A stretch of DNA of 48,250 nt from Acidobacteriota bacterium (GCA_046728075.1 JBKPDV010000141.1:1-48250), one strand, 5' to 3'; counted from the stretch's first letter, positions 37,352 to 47,114 are shown. Numbers and translations are program-made. Notes: generated from the sequence alone by a model not told the origin.

Positions 37352-38053
37352 TCAGGGATTGGCCTGAGCGGCCCTCGCTTTCGACTTGAGAATCTGCGCC
37401 TTCGCCTGCGCCTGCCGCTCCGCGGCCTGGCGCCTGTCCTTCGCTTTGGCCAGGAGGCCCTCAATCTTTGAGTCGAGCCGATTGATCTTCTCCTGGAGCT
37501 TTCGCTTCCGGTCTGCTTGCGCCTGCGCGTACTCGGCCTTCATCTGCGCGAGGTCCGCCTTCATCGCGGCGACCTCTTCGTGATTGACCGTGTCACGCAC
37601 TTCTGACAACGCGCGCCGGAAGACGGTCCCGCCGATCGCCTCCATCCGGGTGTCCACTGGCGTCGTCCAGTCCTCTTCGATTTCGGCCACGACCGCAACC
37701 GTGTTCGGCGAGAGAGCCTTCGTGACGTCGTCGAGGAAGTCGTCGCCGATTCGCGCCCTGTCGAAGTCGACCGTTCCGCCCAGGGTAGCGCCGGCCGAGG
37801 CCCCGACCGCCACACCGATTGGGCCGCCGAGAACCCCGATCAGAGTGCCGAGCGCGGTCCCGACGAGAGTCCTGATCGGCGCGGCGTCATCCCCCTCCTT
37901 GATCGACGCCTTGCCGTCTGCGTGCTTTGCCAGAACGGCGTAGCCGTAGACCCTGACGCTGCCTTCGTCGTCCAATTGCAGAAGGGCCTTCTTACCCTCG
38001 TATGCTTTGCTTTCATTGTCGAACACCACAACGAGCATCCGGTCCATAGTCAT
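37352..38053 (-). CDS. DUF1269-like protein with C-terminal coiled coil (copy 2)
   Basis: MLVVVFDNESKAYEG; glycine zipper G.LIG.LGGP.G; AEIEEDWTTPVDTRM. Start is 38053 or 38047. Confidence 0.82.
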   Translation of the reverse strand: MTMDRMLVVVFDNESKAYEGKKALLQLDDEGSVRVYGYAVLAKHADGKASIKEGDDAAPIRTLVGTALGTLIGVLGGPIGVAVGASAGATLGGTVDFDRARIGDDFLDDVTKALSPNTVAVVAEIEEDWTTPVDTRMEAIGGTVFRRALSEVRDTVNHEEVAAMKADLAQMKAEYAQAQADRKRKLQEKINRLDSKIEGLLAKAKDRRQAAERQAQAKAQILKSKARAAQANP

Positions 38054-38159
38054 CTCCTTTCGAGAGTGCTGATTGCGATCCGAACGTTGCTCTTCCTGTC
38101 TCTGACTCGGTCTCAGTAGACGAACCGCCGAACGAACGCGAGCGCCGTGTCGGCGACCC

Positions 38160-38861
38160 CTAGACCGAAGCTCTGCTCCTTGCCGCTGCCGCCTTGGCGC
38201 TCAAGAACTCCGCCTTGGCCTTGGCCTCGCGGTCAGCAGCGTCGCGCCGTTCCCTGGCCTTCTGCAGCTGGCCCTGAAGCTTGGAATCGAGCAGGCTGAT
38301 CTTTTCCGATAGCTTCGTCTTGCGCTGAGCCACGGCCGTGGCGCGCTCGGCTTTCAGCTGAGCGATGTCGGCCTTGATGGCGGCAACGTCTTCCTGGTGG
38401 ATCTTGTCCTTGACTTCCGCGATGGTCCGGCGAAAGACGACCCCGCCGATGGCTTCGATGCGGGTATCGACCGGGGTGGTCCAGTCCTCCTCGATCTCGG
38501 CGACCACGGCCACCTTGCCGGGGGTCAGCGCTTTGGCGACGTCGTCCAGATAGTCTTCTCCGACTCCGGCGTTGTAGACGTCGGCCGTGAGACCCGCTGA
38601 CATGCCGAGCGTGGCGCCGATCGCCATGCCGGCCGGACCGCCAAGGATGCCGACGAGCGCGCCGAGCGACGTCCCCGCCAGTGTGCCGAGCGGAACGTCT
38701 TCGTCGCTCTGCTTCACCGTGGAGCTCCCGTCGGCATTCTTCTTGACGATGGCATACCCGTAAACGCCGATGCTCCCCTCGCGGTCGAGCTCCAGGAGCG
38801 CTTTTTTCCCCTCATACGCTTTGGTTTCGTTGTCAAACACGGTAACGAGCATTCTGTCCAT
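38160..38861 (-). CDS. DUF1269-like protein with C-terminal coiled coil (copy 1)
   Basis: MDRMLVTVFDNETKAYEG...AEIEEDWTTPVDTRI; paralog of its neighbour. Confidence 0.82.
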   Translation of the reverse strand: MDRMLVTVFDNETKAYEGKKALLELDREGSIGVYGYAIVKKNADGSSTVKQSDEDVPLGTLAGTSLGALVGILGGPAGMAIGATLGMSAGLTADVYNAGVGEDYLDDVAKALTPGKVAVVAEIEEDWTTPVDTRIEAIGGVVFRRTIAEVKDKIHQEDVAAIKADIAQLKAERATAVAQRKTKLSEKISLLDSKLQGQLQKARERRDAADREAKAKAEFLSAKAAAARSRASV

Positions 38862-38957
38862 GACCTATCCTTTCTTTGGCGAAATTGCCTCAATTCCCTA
38901 CCGACAGCTTTGGTCTCTTTGATTCGAGCAAAGGTCCTTCTTTGACTTCCCTTCCGG

Positions 38958-39224
38958 CTATGAACCCGCGTTCTCCGCCGCCATCCAACTGCGGACGTAC
39001 TCCGGGCAGTTCACGAACCGAGCCCCATCGGCTTCGAGGCGCGCGAGGAACGGCACGGCCTCCCGGGCGACCAGGGTGACCTCTTTCAGGTCGAGGAGAA
39101 CGGGACCCTGCGCCTCCGCCGCAAGCAGGGCCTGCAGCTGGGCCGCATGCTCGTCGTCCAGCTCCCCGCTGAGCGCGAAAAGAACCGCGTCGGTGCCGAG
39201 CGACCGGCGAATTCGGTATGTCAC
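38958..39224 (-). CDS. Small STAS-like protein
   Basis: LSGELD, LLDLKEVTLV.REAV.FL and NCPEYVRSW motifs; GTG 39224 with RBS GAGGGGG. Confidence 0.75.
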   Translation of the reverse strand: MTYRIRRSLGTDAVLFALSGELDDEHAAQLQALLAAEAQGPVLLDLKEVTLVAREAVPFLARLEADGARFVNCPEYVRSWMAAENAGS

Positions 39225-39252
39225 TGGTTCCCCCTCGCATGCCTCCTGAGAG

Positions 39253-39268
39253 AGCAACACGAAGGCCA
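39253..39268 (-). promoter_or_regulatory. Sigma54 -24/-12 promoter
   Basis: TGGCCT-TCGTG-TTGCT (GG-N10-GC), directly downstream of the enhancer-binding protein gene. Confidence 0.72.
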
Positions 39269-39308
39269 GCGCTAAATCATTGCGTCTGCGAGGGGAAGAG
39301 TCTTTCGA

Positions 39309-39362
39309 TCGCGAAAATTTCGCGAACGTCCGCAAAAAAGATCGATTCGCGAAAGCTCGCTA
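39309..39362. promoter_or_regulatory. Upstream activator sequences for the sigma54 activator
   Basis: Palindrome TCGCGAAA-A-TTTCGCGA (39309-39325) and a degenerate TCGCGA-AAGC-TCGCTA (39347-39362). Confidence 0.62.
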
Positions 39363-42300
39363 ACCCGGCTGGTCAGGTTGCGGCCTCTTGTAGCGCCGCT
39401 TGTCGATCTTCATGGACCGGATCTTGGATTCCAGGGTCGAAGACGGGACGCCCAGCCGCTCCGCGGCGCCGAACGGTCCGGCCACTCGTCCCTTGGTTTG
39501 CGCCAGCGCCCCTTCGATGGCATCCCTCTCTCGGCTTGCCAGCGTCGGGAAATGCCGGGACGCGGCCTCGCGAGGGGCCGCGGATCTGGCCAAGAGCCAC
39601 CGTTCATCGATCGAGAGAGTCTCCGAATCCGAGACGATCACGGCGCGCTCGACGACGTTCTGCAGCTCGCGAACATTGCCGGGCCAGTCGTAGGACTTCA
39701 GCAAGTCGAGCGACGACTTGCTGATACCGTGGATTCGCTTGCCCGCGCGCCGCGCATACCGGTGGATGAAATACTCGACGAGAACGGGGATGTCCGCTCG
39801 ACGGTCGCGCAGGGCGGGCATCTCCAACGGGAAGACGTTCAGGCGGTAAAAGAGGTCCGCGCGGAACGCGTTTTCGGCGACGGCCGCCTCCAAGTCTCGA
39901 TTCGAGGCGGCGATCACTCTCACGTCCGTTCGGATCGGCCGGCTCCCGCCGACCCGCTCGAACTCGCGCTCTTGCAGGACTCGCAAGAGCGTTATCTGGA
40001 TTTCCGGCGGCAGCTCGCCGACCTCGTCCAGGAAAATCGTTCCGCCGTCCGCCAGCTCGAAGCGGCCCTGCCGGCGCTGCATGGCCCCCGTAAACGCGCC
40101 CTTCTCGTGGCCGAACAGCTCCGAGGCGATGAGCGACGGAGGTATCGCGGCGCAGTTCACGCTCACGAGGGCGCGAGCCGACCGCTTGGAATGCTTGTGA
40201 ATCGCGCGCGCCACGAGCTCCTTGCCGGTGCCGGTCTCGCCGGTGATGAGAACCGTGGAATCGGTCGGGGCCACCTTCTCGACCTGCGCGAGCACCCGCC
40301 GCAGGGCCGGAGAGGACCCCACGATCTCCTCGAACATCGACGTCTTGTCGATCTCTTCGCGCAGAACGATGTTCTCCTTCTGCAGCTGCTCTTTCAACCT
40401 CGTGATCTCGCCGTATGCCTTCTCCAGGGCCTGGCGCGACTCCGTGGCGGCCGTGACGTCCATCACGGCACCGACGTACTCGGTCGGACCACCGGTTTCG
40501 TCGTTGGCCACATGCACGACGATGCTCAGGTGCTTCACGGTTCCGTCGGCCATTAACAGCCGATGCTGGATGTCCCAGTCCCTGGCCTCGCGTGCCGTGT
40601 GTTCGATTAGCTCTCGAACCCGATCGCGGTCCTCCGGATGAGTCACCTTAAGCACGAGCTCCACAGTCGGCTTCGTCGCCCGATCGACGTCGAAGATCCG
40701 GTACATTTCCTCGGACCACAGGATCTCGCCGCTCGAGGGCCGCCACCCGAAGCTGCCGGTCGAGCTCAGCCGCTGCGCCTCCGTCAGATACGCTTCCCGC
40801 CTCCGGAGCTCCTGGGTCAGATGCTCCTGCTCGGTCACATCCATAGCGGTGCCGACGATTCTTTTCAGGACTCCGTTCTCGACGACGGGCACTCCGACGC
40901 AACGAATGTACCGAACCTCGCCGTCGGGCCGCACGATCCGCTTCTTGACGTCACAGCCCGAGGCTTCCGCCAGCATCCTTTCTATGAGTCTCGCCATGAA
41001 CTCGCGATCTTGCGGGTGGACGAGCGCCAGATATTCGTCGAGTGTGGGCGCTGCCCCGGCCGGATCGAGGCCATAGATCTGGAACAGCTCTTCAGACCAA
41101 TGGTCAAAAAATCCCGCCGGGTCGAACGCCCAGCTTCCGAGATGGGCGATTCGCTGCCCTTCTGCAAGATAGAAGTCATTGCGCCGGAGTTCCTTTTCCG
41201 CCCGCTTGCGCTCGATGAACTGGCCAATCTGACTGCCGATGGTCGCCATCATCTCGAGCAGGTCCTGGTCGGGCTGCCTGATCTCCTGGCTGAAAAAGTC
41301 CATGACCCCAATGACTTCACTGCCGAGGAGGATGGGAAAAGCGAATGCCGCGTGCAGCCCTTCGCGCGCGGCGATGGGCGCGCGCACAAAATTAGCATCG
41401 TGAACGACATCAGGAATGTATGCGGGCTCATGGCTGGCCCAGACCCGGCCCGGGAGCCCTATCCCGGGCAGGAAAGTGCTCTCGCGGGTGATGGCTTCAA
41501 AAGCCGAAACTTCTACGGAAGCTTTGCGCCACGACTCGACGCGGCGAAGCACCCCCGCCGCCCGGTCTATGCGCCATAGCTCGCCCAGGTCCCATACCAG
41601 TGACTCGCACACGGCCTGCAGTATTTTTGGCGTGGCTTCTTCGAGAGTAGCCGCTTCCGCGAGTACCTGTGTGACGGTGTGTTGAGCGACGAGGCGTTGC
41701 TCGGCCCGCTTGCGTTCCGTGATGTCGGTGGAAATGCCGCTCACCCGGACTGGCCTTCCCTTCTCGTTGACCGTGAGCACCCCGCGCTCGTGGATCCACC
41801 GGACGGCCCCACTCGGCTGTACGATTCGAAACTCCACATCCTGATAGCTGACATCGGCGCCCTCGATCCATCGGGAGTACGTGTCGGCAACCCGCTGTCG
41901 GTCTTCGGGATGAATGGTCTCCGTCCACAGCCTCGGATTTCGGTAGAGGTCGTCGAGCGAACGACCCCAGACGCGCTCGAAGCTCGGGCTCGTATAGACG
42001 ACGCGTTCCTCCGGCTCGAGTGTGTTGATCCAGATCACCTCCGAAACCTGGTCTGCCATCTGCTTCAGCCGATCCTCGGTCTCCGCGGCCGCGCGTTGAA
42101 GTTGGGAGACGTGACGCGCCTCCTGCAATGCGATCGCCGCCTGGTTCGTGGCGACCTGAAGGACGAGGCGCTCGATGTCATCGGGAAAGTCGGATCGCCG
42201 CGAACAGGCGGCGAATTGGCCGAGCCGTTCCGTGTGCCCGAGCTGGATGACAACGAGCCTGCCTTCCCCCAGGGAGCTGCCGACGTCCAGGCCGACGGTA

Positions 42301-42602
42301 TCCACTCGCTCCTTTAAAAACGGTTGCAGGCCTTCGCCGACCTCGCGAGCAGTAAGGCCGCGATCGGCGCCATCGCCGAAGCGGGCCCACTCATTCGCGG
42401 AATCCTCCGGTAAATCGCTTAGGCGCACGTACGCGAAGTCCAGGCGCAGCATCCGGACCAGGGATTCCAGAAGCGTGGTCAGGACGAGCGAAGCCTCGCC
42501 GCCTGTCCAGATCGCCGGCAGCGACAATACGGAGACAAGATTGTCGATGCCGCGCTGAAGTCGCTGGGTCTCGGTGGCGTCGGTAAAGGTCTCGGCGTTC
42601 AC
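39360..42602 (-). CDS. Sigma54 enhancer-binding protein with GAF and multiple PAS domains (FhlA/NifA-like)
   Basis: GETGTGKE, SELFGHEKGAFTGA, FLDEVGE, WPGNVRELQN and a C-terminal HTH; PAS motifs IHPEDR, VHPQDR and THPEDR. Confidence 0.95.
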   Translation of the reverse strand: MNAETFTDATETQRLQRGIDNLVSVLSLPAIWTGGEASLVLTTLLESLVRMLRLDFAYVRLSDLPEDSANEWARFGDGADRGLTAREVGEGLQPFLKERVDTVGLDVGSSLGEGRLVVIQLGHTERLGQFAACSRRSDFPDDIERLVLQVATNQAAIALQEARHVSQLQRAAAETEDRLKQMADQVSEVIWINTLEPEERVVYTSPSFERVWGRSLDDLYRNPRLWTETIHPEDRQRVADTYSRWIEGADVSYQDVEFRIVQPSGAVRWIHERGVLTVNEKGRPVRVSGISTDITERKRAEQRLVAQHTVTQVLAEAATLEEATPKILQAVCESLVWDLGELWRIDRAAGVLRRVESWRKASVEVSAFEAITRESTFLPGIGLPGRVWASHEPAYIPDVVHDANFVRAPIAAREGLHAAFAFPILLGSEVIGVMDFFSQEIRQPDQDLLEMMATIGSQIGQFIERKRAEKELRRNDFYLAEGQRIAHLGSWAFDPAGFFDHWSEELFQIYGLDPAGAAPTLDEYLALVHPQDREFMARLIERMLAEASGCDVKKRIVRPDGEVRYIRCVGVPVVENGVLKRIVGTAMDVTEQEHLTQELRRREAYLTEAQRLSSTGSFGWRPSSGEILWSEEMYRIFDVDRATKPTVELVLKVTHPEDRDRVRELIEHTAREARDWDIQHRLLMADGTVKHLSIVVHVANDETGGPTEYVGAVMDVTAATESRQALEKAYGEITRLKEQLQKENIVLREEIDKTSMFEEIVGSSPALRRVLAQVEKVAPTDSTVLITGETGTGKELVARAIHKHSKRSARALVSVNCAAIPPSLIASELFGHEKGAFTGAMQRRQGRFELADGGTIFLDEVGELPPEIQITLLRVLQEREFERVGGSRPIRTDVRVIAASNRDLEAAVAENAFRADLFYRLNVFPLEMPALRDRRADIPVLVEYFIHRYARRAGKRIHGISKSSLDLLKSYDWPGNVRELQNVVERAVIVSDSETLSIDERWLLARSAAPREAASRHFPTLASRERDAIEGALAQTKGRVAGPFGAAERLGVPSSTLESKIRSMKIDKRRYKRPQPDQPG

Positions 42603-42712
42603 GTCAACAGCTCGAAGCCGGCCTGAGGACTGAAAACCGCCCCTCCGAGCCGGATCGGCCGGCCGGCAAAACCCGGATCGTGCCCCTCAGGTTGGCGCGG
42701 TGGAGGCTCCAT
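42599..42712 (-). other. 37-aa ORF coupled to the EBP start (possible MEDS-gene remnant or leader peptide)
   Basis: RBS AGGAG, ATG 42712, MEPPPRQPEGHDPGFAGRPIRLGGAVFSPQAGFELLT; GTGA overlap with the EBP start. Confidence 0.42.
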
Positions 42713-42948
42713 ATGCTGCTCCTGCAAAGCGCACCAGCGGAATCTCGTAGCCTAGCGCAGGGTTGACCCGGCGCGCTAGGAGGACCGTCGCGCGCCTACC
42801 GTGGGCCGGCAGAACGCGGCGGCCTTGAGATCCGCCCCGCGTGCGGAAATCGTGACGGCCTCCCCCTCATGCCGCAGTCGGGGCGGCGGCCGGATCGGTT
42901 GACGGAGAACCCTGAATCCAGGGAGGACTCGAGAGCGTAAACAACGCC

Positions 42949-43647
42949 ATGATCGAAATCCGGCGGGCCCAGGAACGGGGACATACCGAGTGGGGCTGGC
43001 TCGACAGCCGGCACACGTTTTCTTTCGGCGACTATCACGACTCCGGTCACATGGGCTTTCGCTCTCTGCGCGTGTTGAACGACGACCGGGTCCTACCCGG
43101 ACAGGGTTTCGGCACGCACGGCCATCGGGACATGGAGATCCTGTCGTACGTTCTCGAGGGCGCGCTCGAGCACAAGGACAGCTCGGGAGGGGGCGGCGTG
43201 ATCCGGCCGGGTGAGATTCAGTTCATGCGGGCGGGAAGCGGCGTCCAGCACAGCGAATACAACCACTCGAAGTCGGAGCCCGTGCATTTTCTGCAAATCT
43301 GGATCGTGCCCGACAAGCAGGGCCTCAAGCCAGCTTACGGCCAGCAGGCCTTCGATGCAGATGCCGCGAAGCGATCCTTCGTCCTCCTCGCTTCCAAAGA
43401 GGGGCGGGATGGAACGATCCAGGTCCAGCAGGACGTTGACGTTTGGGTGACGCGCCTGGGCAAAGGCGAGCGCCGCGACCTCCCGCTCGCTCCGGGCCGC
43501 GGCGCGTGGATCCACGTGGCTCGCGGTTCGGTCGACGTCAACGGCACTCTGCTACGCGAGGGCGATGGCGCCGCCGTCAGCGGGGAGGACCGCCTCCGGT
43601 TCCTGGGCCAGGGACCTGGTGAGGTGCTGGCTTTCGATTTGAAGTGA
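42949..43647 (+). CDS. Pirin family protein (YhhW-like)
   Basis: GWLDSRHTFSF, LRVLNDD, HGHRDMEI, HSEYN and LQIW motifs. Confidence 0.95.
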   Translation: MIEIRRAQERGHTEWGWLDSRHTFSFGDYHDSGHMGFRSLRVLNDDRVLPGQGFGTHGHRDMEILSYVLEGALEHKDSSGGGGVIRPGEIQFMRAGSGVQHSEYNHSKSEPVHFLQIWIVPDKQGLKPAYGQQAFDADAAKRSFVLLASKEGRDGTIQVQQDVDVWVTRLGKGERRDLPLAPGRGAWIHVARGSVDVNGTLLREGDGAAVSGEDRLRFLGQGPGEVLAFDLK

Positions 43648-43717
43648 GAGCGAGAGTGTCGTACACGACTCGATGTTCACGCAGCGAGCTCGACCTCCGA
43701 CACCACGAGGCAATACG

Positions 43718-44437
43718 ATGACTTCGACCTTTTCCGACAGAGTCGCGCTCGTGGCCGGCGGCACGGGCGGATTGGGGCGAGCGGTCAGCCGGGCATTCCT
43801 CGAGGAAGGCGCCCGCGTTGTGGTCACGTATCGCCGGCAGGAAGAGTTCGACCTCCTGAAAGGTGAGGCAGGCGCGGAAGGAACGCGGCTCGACGGGCAA
43901 CGAGCCGACGTCACCGACGAGGCGGCGGCAACCGAGCTCGTGAACGGAATCGTCGCGCGGCATGGGCGGCTCGATTTTCTCGTGAATGCGGTGGGCGGTT
44001 ATGTCGGCGGCATGAAACTGTGGGAGCTCGAGACGAAGGTCTTCGATCAAATGCTCGACCTCAACCTGCGTGCGGGCTATGCGCTGTCGCGCGCGGCCGT
44101 GCCGGTGATGCTCCGGCGGGGACACGGAGCGATCGTGAACGTCGCCTCGAAGGCGGCGCTGGATCATGTCGCCAGCCAGGCCGCTTACGCCGCCTCGAAG
44201 GCCGCGGCGGTCGCCATGATCGACTCTCTCGCCGCCGACTTGAAAGGGACGGGCGTGCGCGTGAACTCGGTCCTCCCGAGCATCATCGACACGGAAGCGA
44301 ATCGTCGAGCGATGCCCAAAGCCGACTTCTCGAAGTGGCCGAATCCTCACGACATCGCGCGGGTGATCCTGTTCTTGTGCAGCGACGACGCCAGGGTAAT
44401 TCACGGTGCGGCGATCCCCGTCTATGGCGATCGCTGA
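43718..44437 (+). CDS. SDR family oxidoreductase
   Basis: GGTGGLG, IVNVAS and YAASK motifs; ATG 43718. Confidence 0.93.
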   Translation: MTSTFSDRVALVAGGTGGLGRAVSRAFLEEGARVVVTYRRQEEFDLLKGEAGAEGTRLDGQRADVTDEAAATELVNGIVARHGRLDFLVNAVGGYVGGMKLWELETKVFDQMLDLNLRAGYALSRAAVPVMLRRGHGAIVNVASKAALDHVASQAAYAASKAAAVAMIDSLAADLKGTGVRVNSVLPSIIDTEANRRAMPKADFSKWPNPHDIARVILFLCSDDARVIHGAAIPVYGDR

Positions 44438-44481
44438 GAGGAACGAGCCCCGATCGTGAGAGCCGACTAAGCTTGGATGCG

Positions 44482-45138
44482 ATGGAGCACGTCACAGGTC
44501 CGGCGAAAGGGGCAGAGGCGAGAGAACGTCTGCCGCCCGGGCAGGTCCGCACGCAAAAGTGGCCCGTCCTCACTTACGGAGAGACACCGCGCGCCGATCT
44601 GCAGACCTGGACTTTTCGGTGCTTCGGCCTCGTCGACAACGAAGTCTCCTGGACGTGGAAGGAATTCCTGGAACTGCCGCGAGTCCAGGTCACGTCCGAC
44701 ATCCACTGCGTCACGCGCTGGAGCCGGTACGACAACCGCTGGGAGGGGGTCGCGGTCTCGGAGATTCTTCGCCGCGCGAGCCCTCTGCCTCGAGCCGTGG
44801 CCGTGATGGCCCACAGCGAAGGAGGTTACACGTCGAACATTGCGCTCGAAGACCTTCGCGGCGACGATGTCCTCCTGGCCTACAAACACGATGGAGGAGA
44901 CCTGCCGGCCGAGCACGGCGGCCCGTGCCGGCTGGTGGTGCCCAAGCTCTATTTCTGGAAGAGCGCGAAGTGGATCCGGGCGTTCGAGCTCTTGGACCTC
45001 AACGCCCCCGGCTTCTGGGAGGAAAACGGTTACCACCTCCACGCCGATCCCTGGAAAGAGGAGCGATACTCCGACGGGGAGACGGACGCGATGCAGCGCA
45101 TGCGCTCGGAGGCCGCACGGCGGCTGCGAGGTCGCTGA
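44482..45138 (+). CDS. Sulfite oxidase-like molybdopterin oxidoreductase
   Basis: RLPPGQ, DIHCVTRWS, EHGGPCRLVVP.LYFWKSAKW and GFWE.NGYH motifs. Confidence 0.92.
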   Translation: MEHVTGPAKGAEARERLPPGQVRTQKWPVLTYGETPRADLQTWTFRCFGLVDNEVSWTWKEFLELPRVQVTSDIHCVTRWSRYDNRWEGVAVSEILRRASPLPRAVAVMAHSEGGYTSNIALEDLRGDDVLLAYKHDGGDLPAEHGGPCRLVVPKLYFWKSAKWIRAFELLDLNAPGFWEENGYHLHADPWKEERYSDGETDAMQRMRSEAARRLRGR

Positions 45139-45140
45139 CG

Positions 45141-46820
45141 ATGAGCTCGCCCAACCCGGATATCCGCGTCCCCCTGACGTCGCCTGTCGAGCAGGTCTTT
45201 CCCAAGCTAACTGCGGAGCAGCTGGCGCGCGTCGCCTCCCACGGCCGGCGCCGTCCGACTTCAAGCGGCGAAGTCCTGGCTTCGGCGGGACATCAGGCCG
45301 AGTCCTTTTTCGTAGTCGCGGCCGGATCTCTCGAGCTCGTCCAGCACTCGAAGGACGGCGAGAGCGTCGTCGTGGTCTTGAGACCGGGACAGTTCACGGG
45401 CGAGATCAATCTTCTGTCGGGGCGCCAGATGCTCGTGGACCACCGGATCGGCGAAGCGGGAGAGGTGATCGACGTCAAGCGTGACGACTTAGTCGCCCTC
45501 GTCCAAACCGACAGCGAGCTCTCCGATATCTTCATGAGGGCCTTCATTCTCCGCAGGGTCGAGCTGATCACCCATGGGTTCGGCGACACCGTGCTCATCG
45601 GGTCGAACTTCTGTCAGGCCACCCTGCGAGTGAAGGAGTTTCTGACCCGCAACGCACACCCCTACACCTTCGTGGACCTCGACAACGACGCGGGCGTGCA
45701 GGACCTGCTCGACCGGTTCGCGGTCGGCGTCGGGGAAGTGCCGGTGCTCATCTGCCGCAGCAAGATCGTCCTCCGCAACCCGAGCAATCTGGAGATCGCG
45801 GACTGTCTGGGTTTCAACGAGTCGATCGACTCGGCGCGTCTGCGCGACATCTTGATCATCGGCGCGGGACCGGCCGGCCTCGCAGCGGCGGTCTACGGGG
45901 CCTCGGAAGGGCTCGACGTCCTGGTCATCGAGTCGGAAGCGCCCGGAGGACAGGCCGGCTCGAGCTCGAAGATCGAGAACTATCTCGGGTTTCCGACGGG
46001 CATCTCGGGCCAGGAGCTGGCGGCTCGGGCACTGACCCAGGCGGAAAAGTTCGGGGCGGAGATGATGATCGCTAAGGGAGCGAGACGGCTCGCCTGCGAA
46101 AAGAGGCCCTACGCGATCGAGATCGATGACGGCCCCCGCGTTCCGGCGCGGACGGTCGTGATCGCGACCGGCGCGCGTTATCGGAAGCTGGGCGTCGAGA
46201 ACCTGGAGCGTTTCGAAGGGGCGGGGGTCTACTACTACGCGACGCCGATCGAGTCGCAACTGTGCGCCGGAGAGGAGGTCGTCATCGTGGGCGGAGGCAA
46301 CTCCGCGGGACAGGCGGCCGTGTTCCTGGCACAGGCCGCCAGGAGGGTGCATGTGCTCGTCCGGGCGGCCGGGCTGGCCGAAAGCATGTCGCGGTATCTG
46401 ATTCGCCGGCTCGAGACGAACCCGGCGATTGCCCTCCACCCGCAAACCGAGATCGTAGCCCTCGAAGGTACGAACCATCTCGAGCGCGTGAGCTGGCGCG
46501 ACAACGCGACCGGGACCATTACGACTCACGACATCCGGCACATTTTTTCGATGACCGGAGCGATTCCGAGTACGGCCTGGCTGGACCACTGCGTCGCGCT
46601 CGACGAGGATGGCTTCATCAAGACGGGGCCGGATCTATCGCAAGAGGACCTCACCGCCGCGCGTTGGCCGCTCGCGCGGCCTCCTCATCTGCTCGAAACG
46701 AGCCTTCCCGGCGTGTTTGCGGTGGGCGACGTGCGGTGCGGCAATGTCAAACGTGTCGCCTCGGCTGTGGGCGAAGGCTCGATCGCCGTGACCTTCGTCC
46801 ACGCTGTTCTTCACGAGTAG
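45141..46820 (+). CDS. cNMP-binding-domain thioredoxin reductase-like flavoprotein
   Basis: N-terminal cNMP domain (GQFTGE); GAGPAG, IENYLGFP, GGGNSAG and GDVR..VKRVASAVGEG motifs; ATG 45141. Confidence 0.9.
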   Translation: MSSPNPDIRVPLTSPVEQVFPKLTAEQLARVASHGRRRPTSSGEVLASAGHQAESFFVVAAGSLELVQHSKDGESVVVVLRPGQFTGEINLLSGRQMLVDHRIGEAGEVIDVKRDDLVALVQTDSELSDIFMRAFILRRVELITHGFGDTVLIGSNFCQATLRVKEFLTRNAHPYTFVDLDNDAGVQDLLDRFAVGVGEVPVLICRSKIVLRNPSNLEIADCLGFNESIDSARLRDILIIGAGPAGLAAAVYGASEGLDVLVIESEAPGGQAGSSSKIENYLGFPTGISGQELAARALTQAEKFGAEMMIAKGARRLACEKRPYAIEIDDGPRVPARTVVIATGARYRKLGVENLERFEGAGVYYYATPIESQLCAGEEVVIVGGGNSAGQAAVFLAQAARRVHVLVRAAGLAESMSRYLIRRLETNPAIALHPQTEIVALEGTNHLERVSWRDNATGTITTHDIRHIFSMTGAIPSTAWLDHCVALDEDGFIKTGPDLSQEDLTAARWPLARPPHLLETSLPGVFAVGDVRCGNVKRVASAVGEGSIAVTFVHAVLHE

Positions 46821-46880
46821 AAAACAGTGGCCGCGGATTCCCTCGTCCGAGAGGGCGTCTCGCCGGCGAGCCTGCGAATC

Positions 46881-47090
46881 TCAGGGAGTCTTGCGCACGG
46901 TGCGGTTCTCCGGCTTGCCGTAGCCGCCGCCGCCCGGCTTCTCACCCCCGCCGTGAATCTTGTTGACCGTCGCCCAAGCGCGCCGTTCCGCTTCCTTGTC
47001 CGGCAGGCCGCGGGACTCGTAACCCTCCTCGATGTGCTCCGCCTGCCGTTTCTCCTTGTCCGTGTATTTGCTCTTGTCCCCTCTGGGCAT
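46881..47090 (-). CDS. Small basic stress-associated protein (MPRGDKSKYTDK family)
   Basis: MPRGDKSKYTDKEKRQAEHIEEGYE...AERRAWATVNK; RBS GGAGGT. Confidence 0.82.
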   Translation of the reverse strand: MPRGDKSKYTDKEKRQAEHIEEGYESRGLPDKEAERRAWATVNKIHGGGEKPGGGGYGKPENRTVRKTP

Positions 47091-47114
47091 CGTCGACCTC
47101 CACGCCGAGAAAGC

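Noticed and set aside
42722-42737. TGGTGCGCTTTGCA sigma54-like element upstream of the EBP
   Set aside because: GG-to-GC spacing is 8 rather than the required 10.
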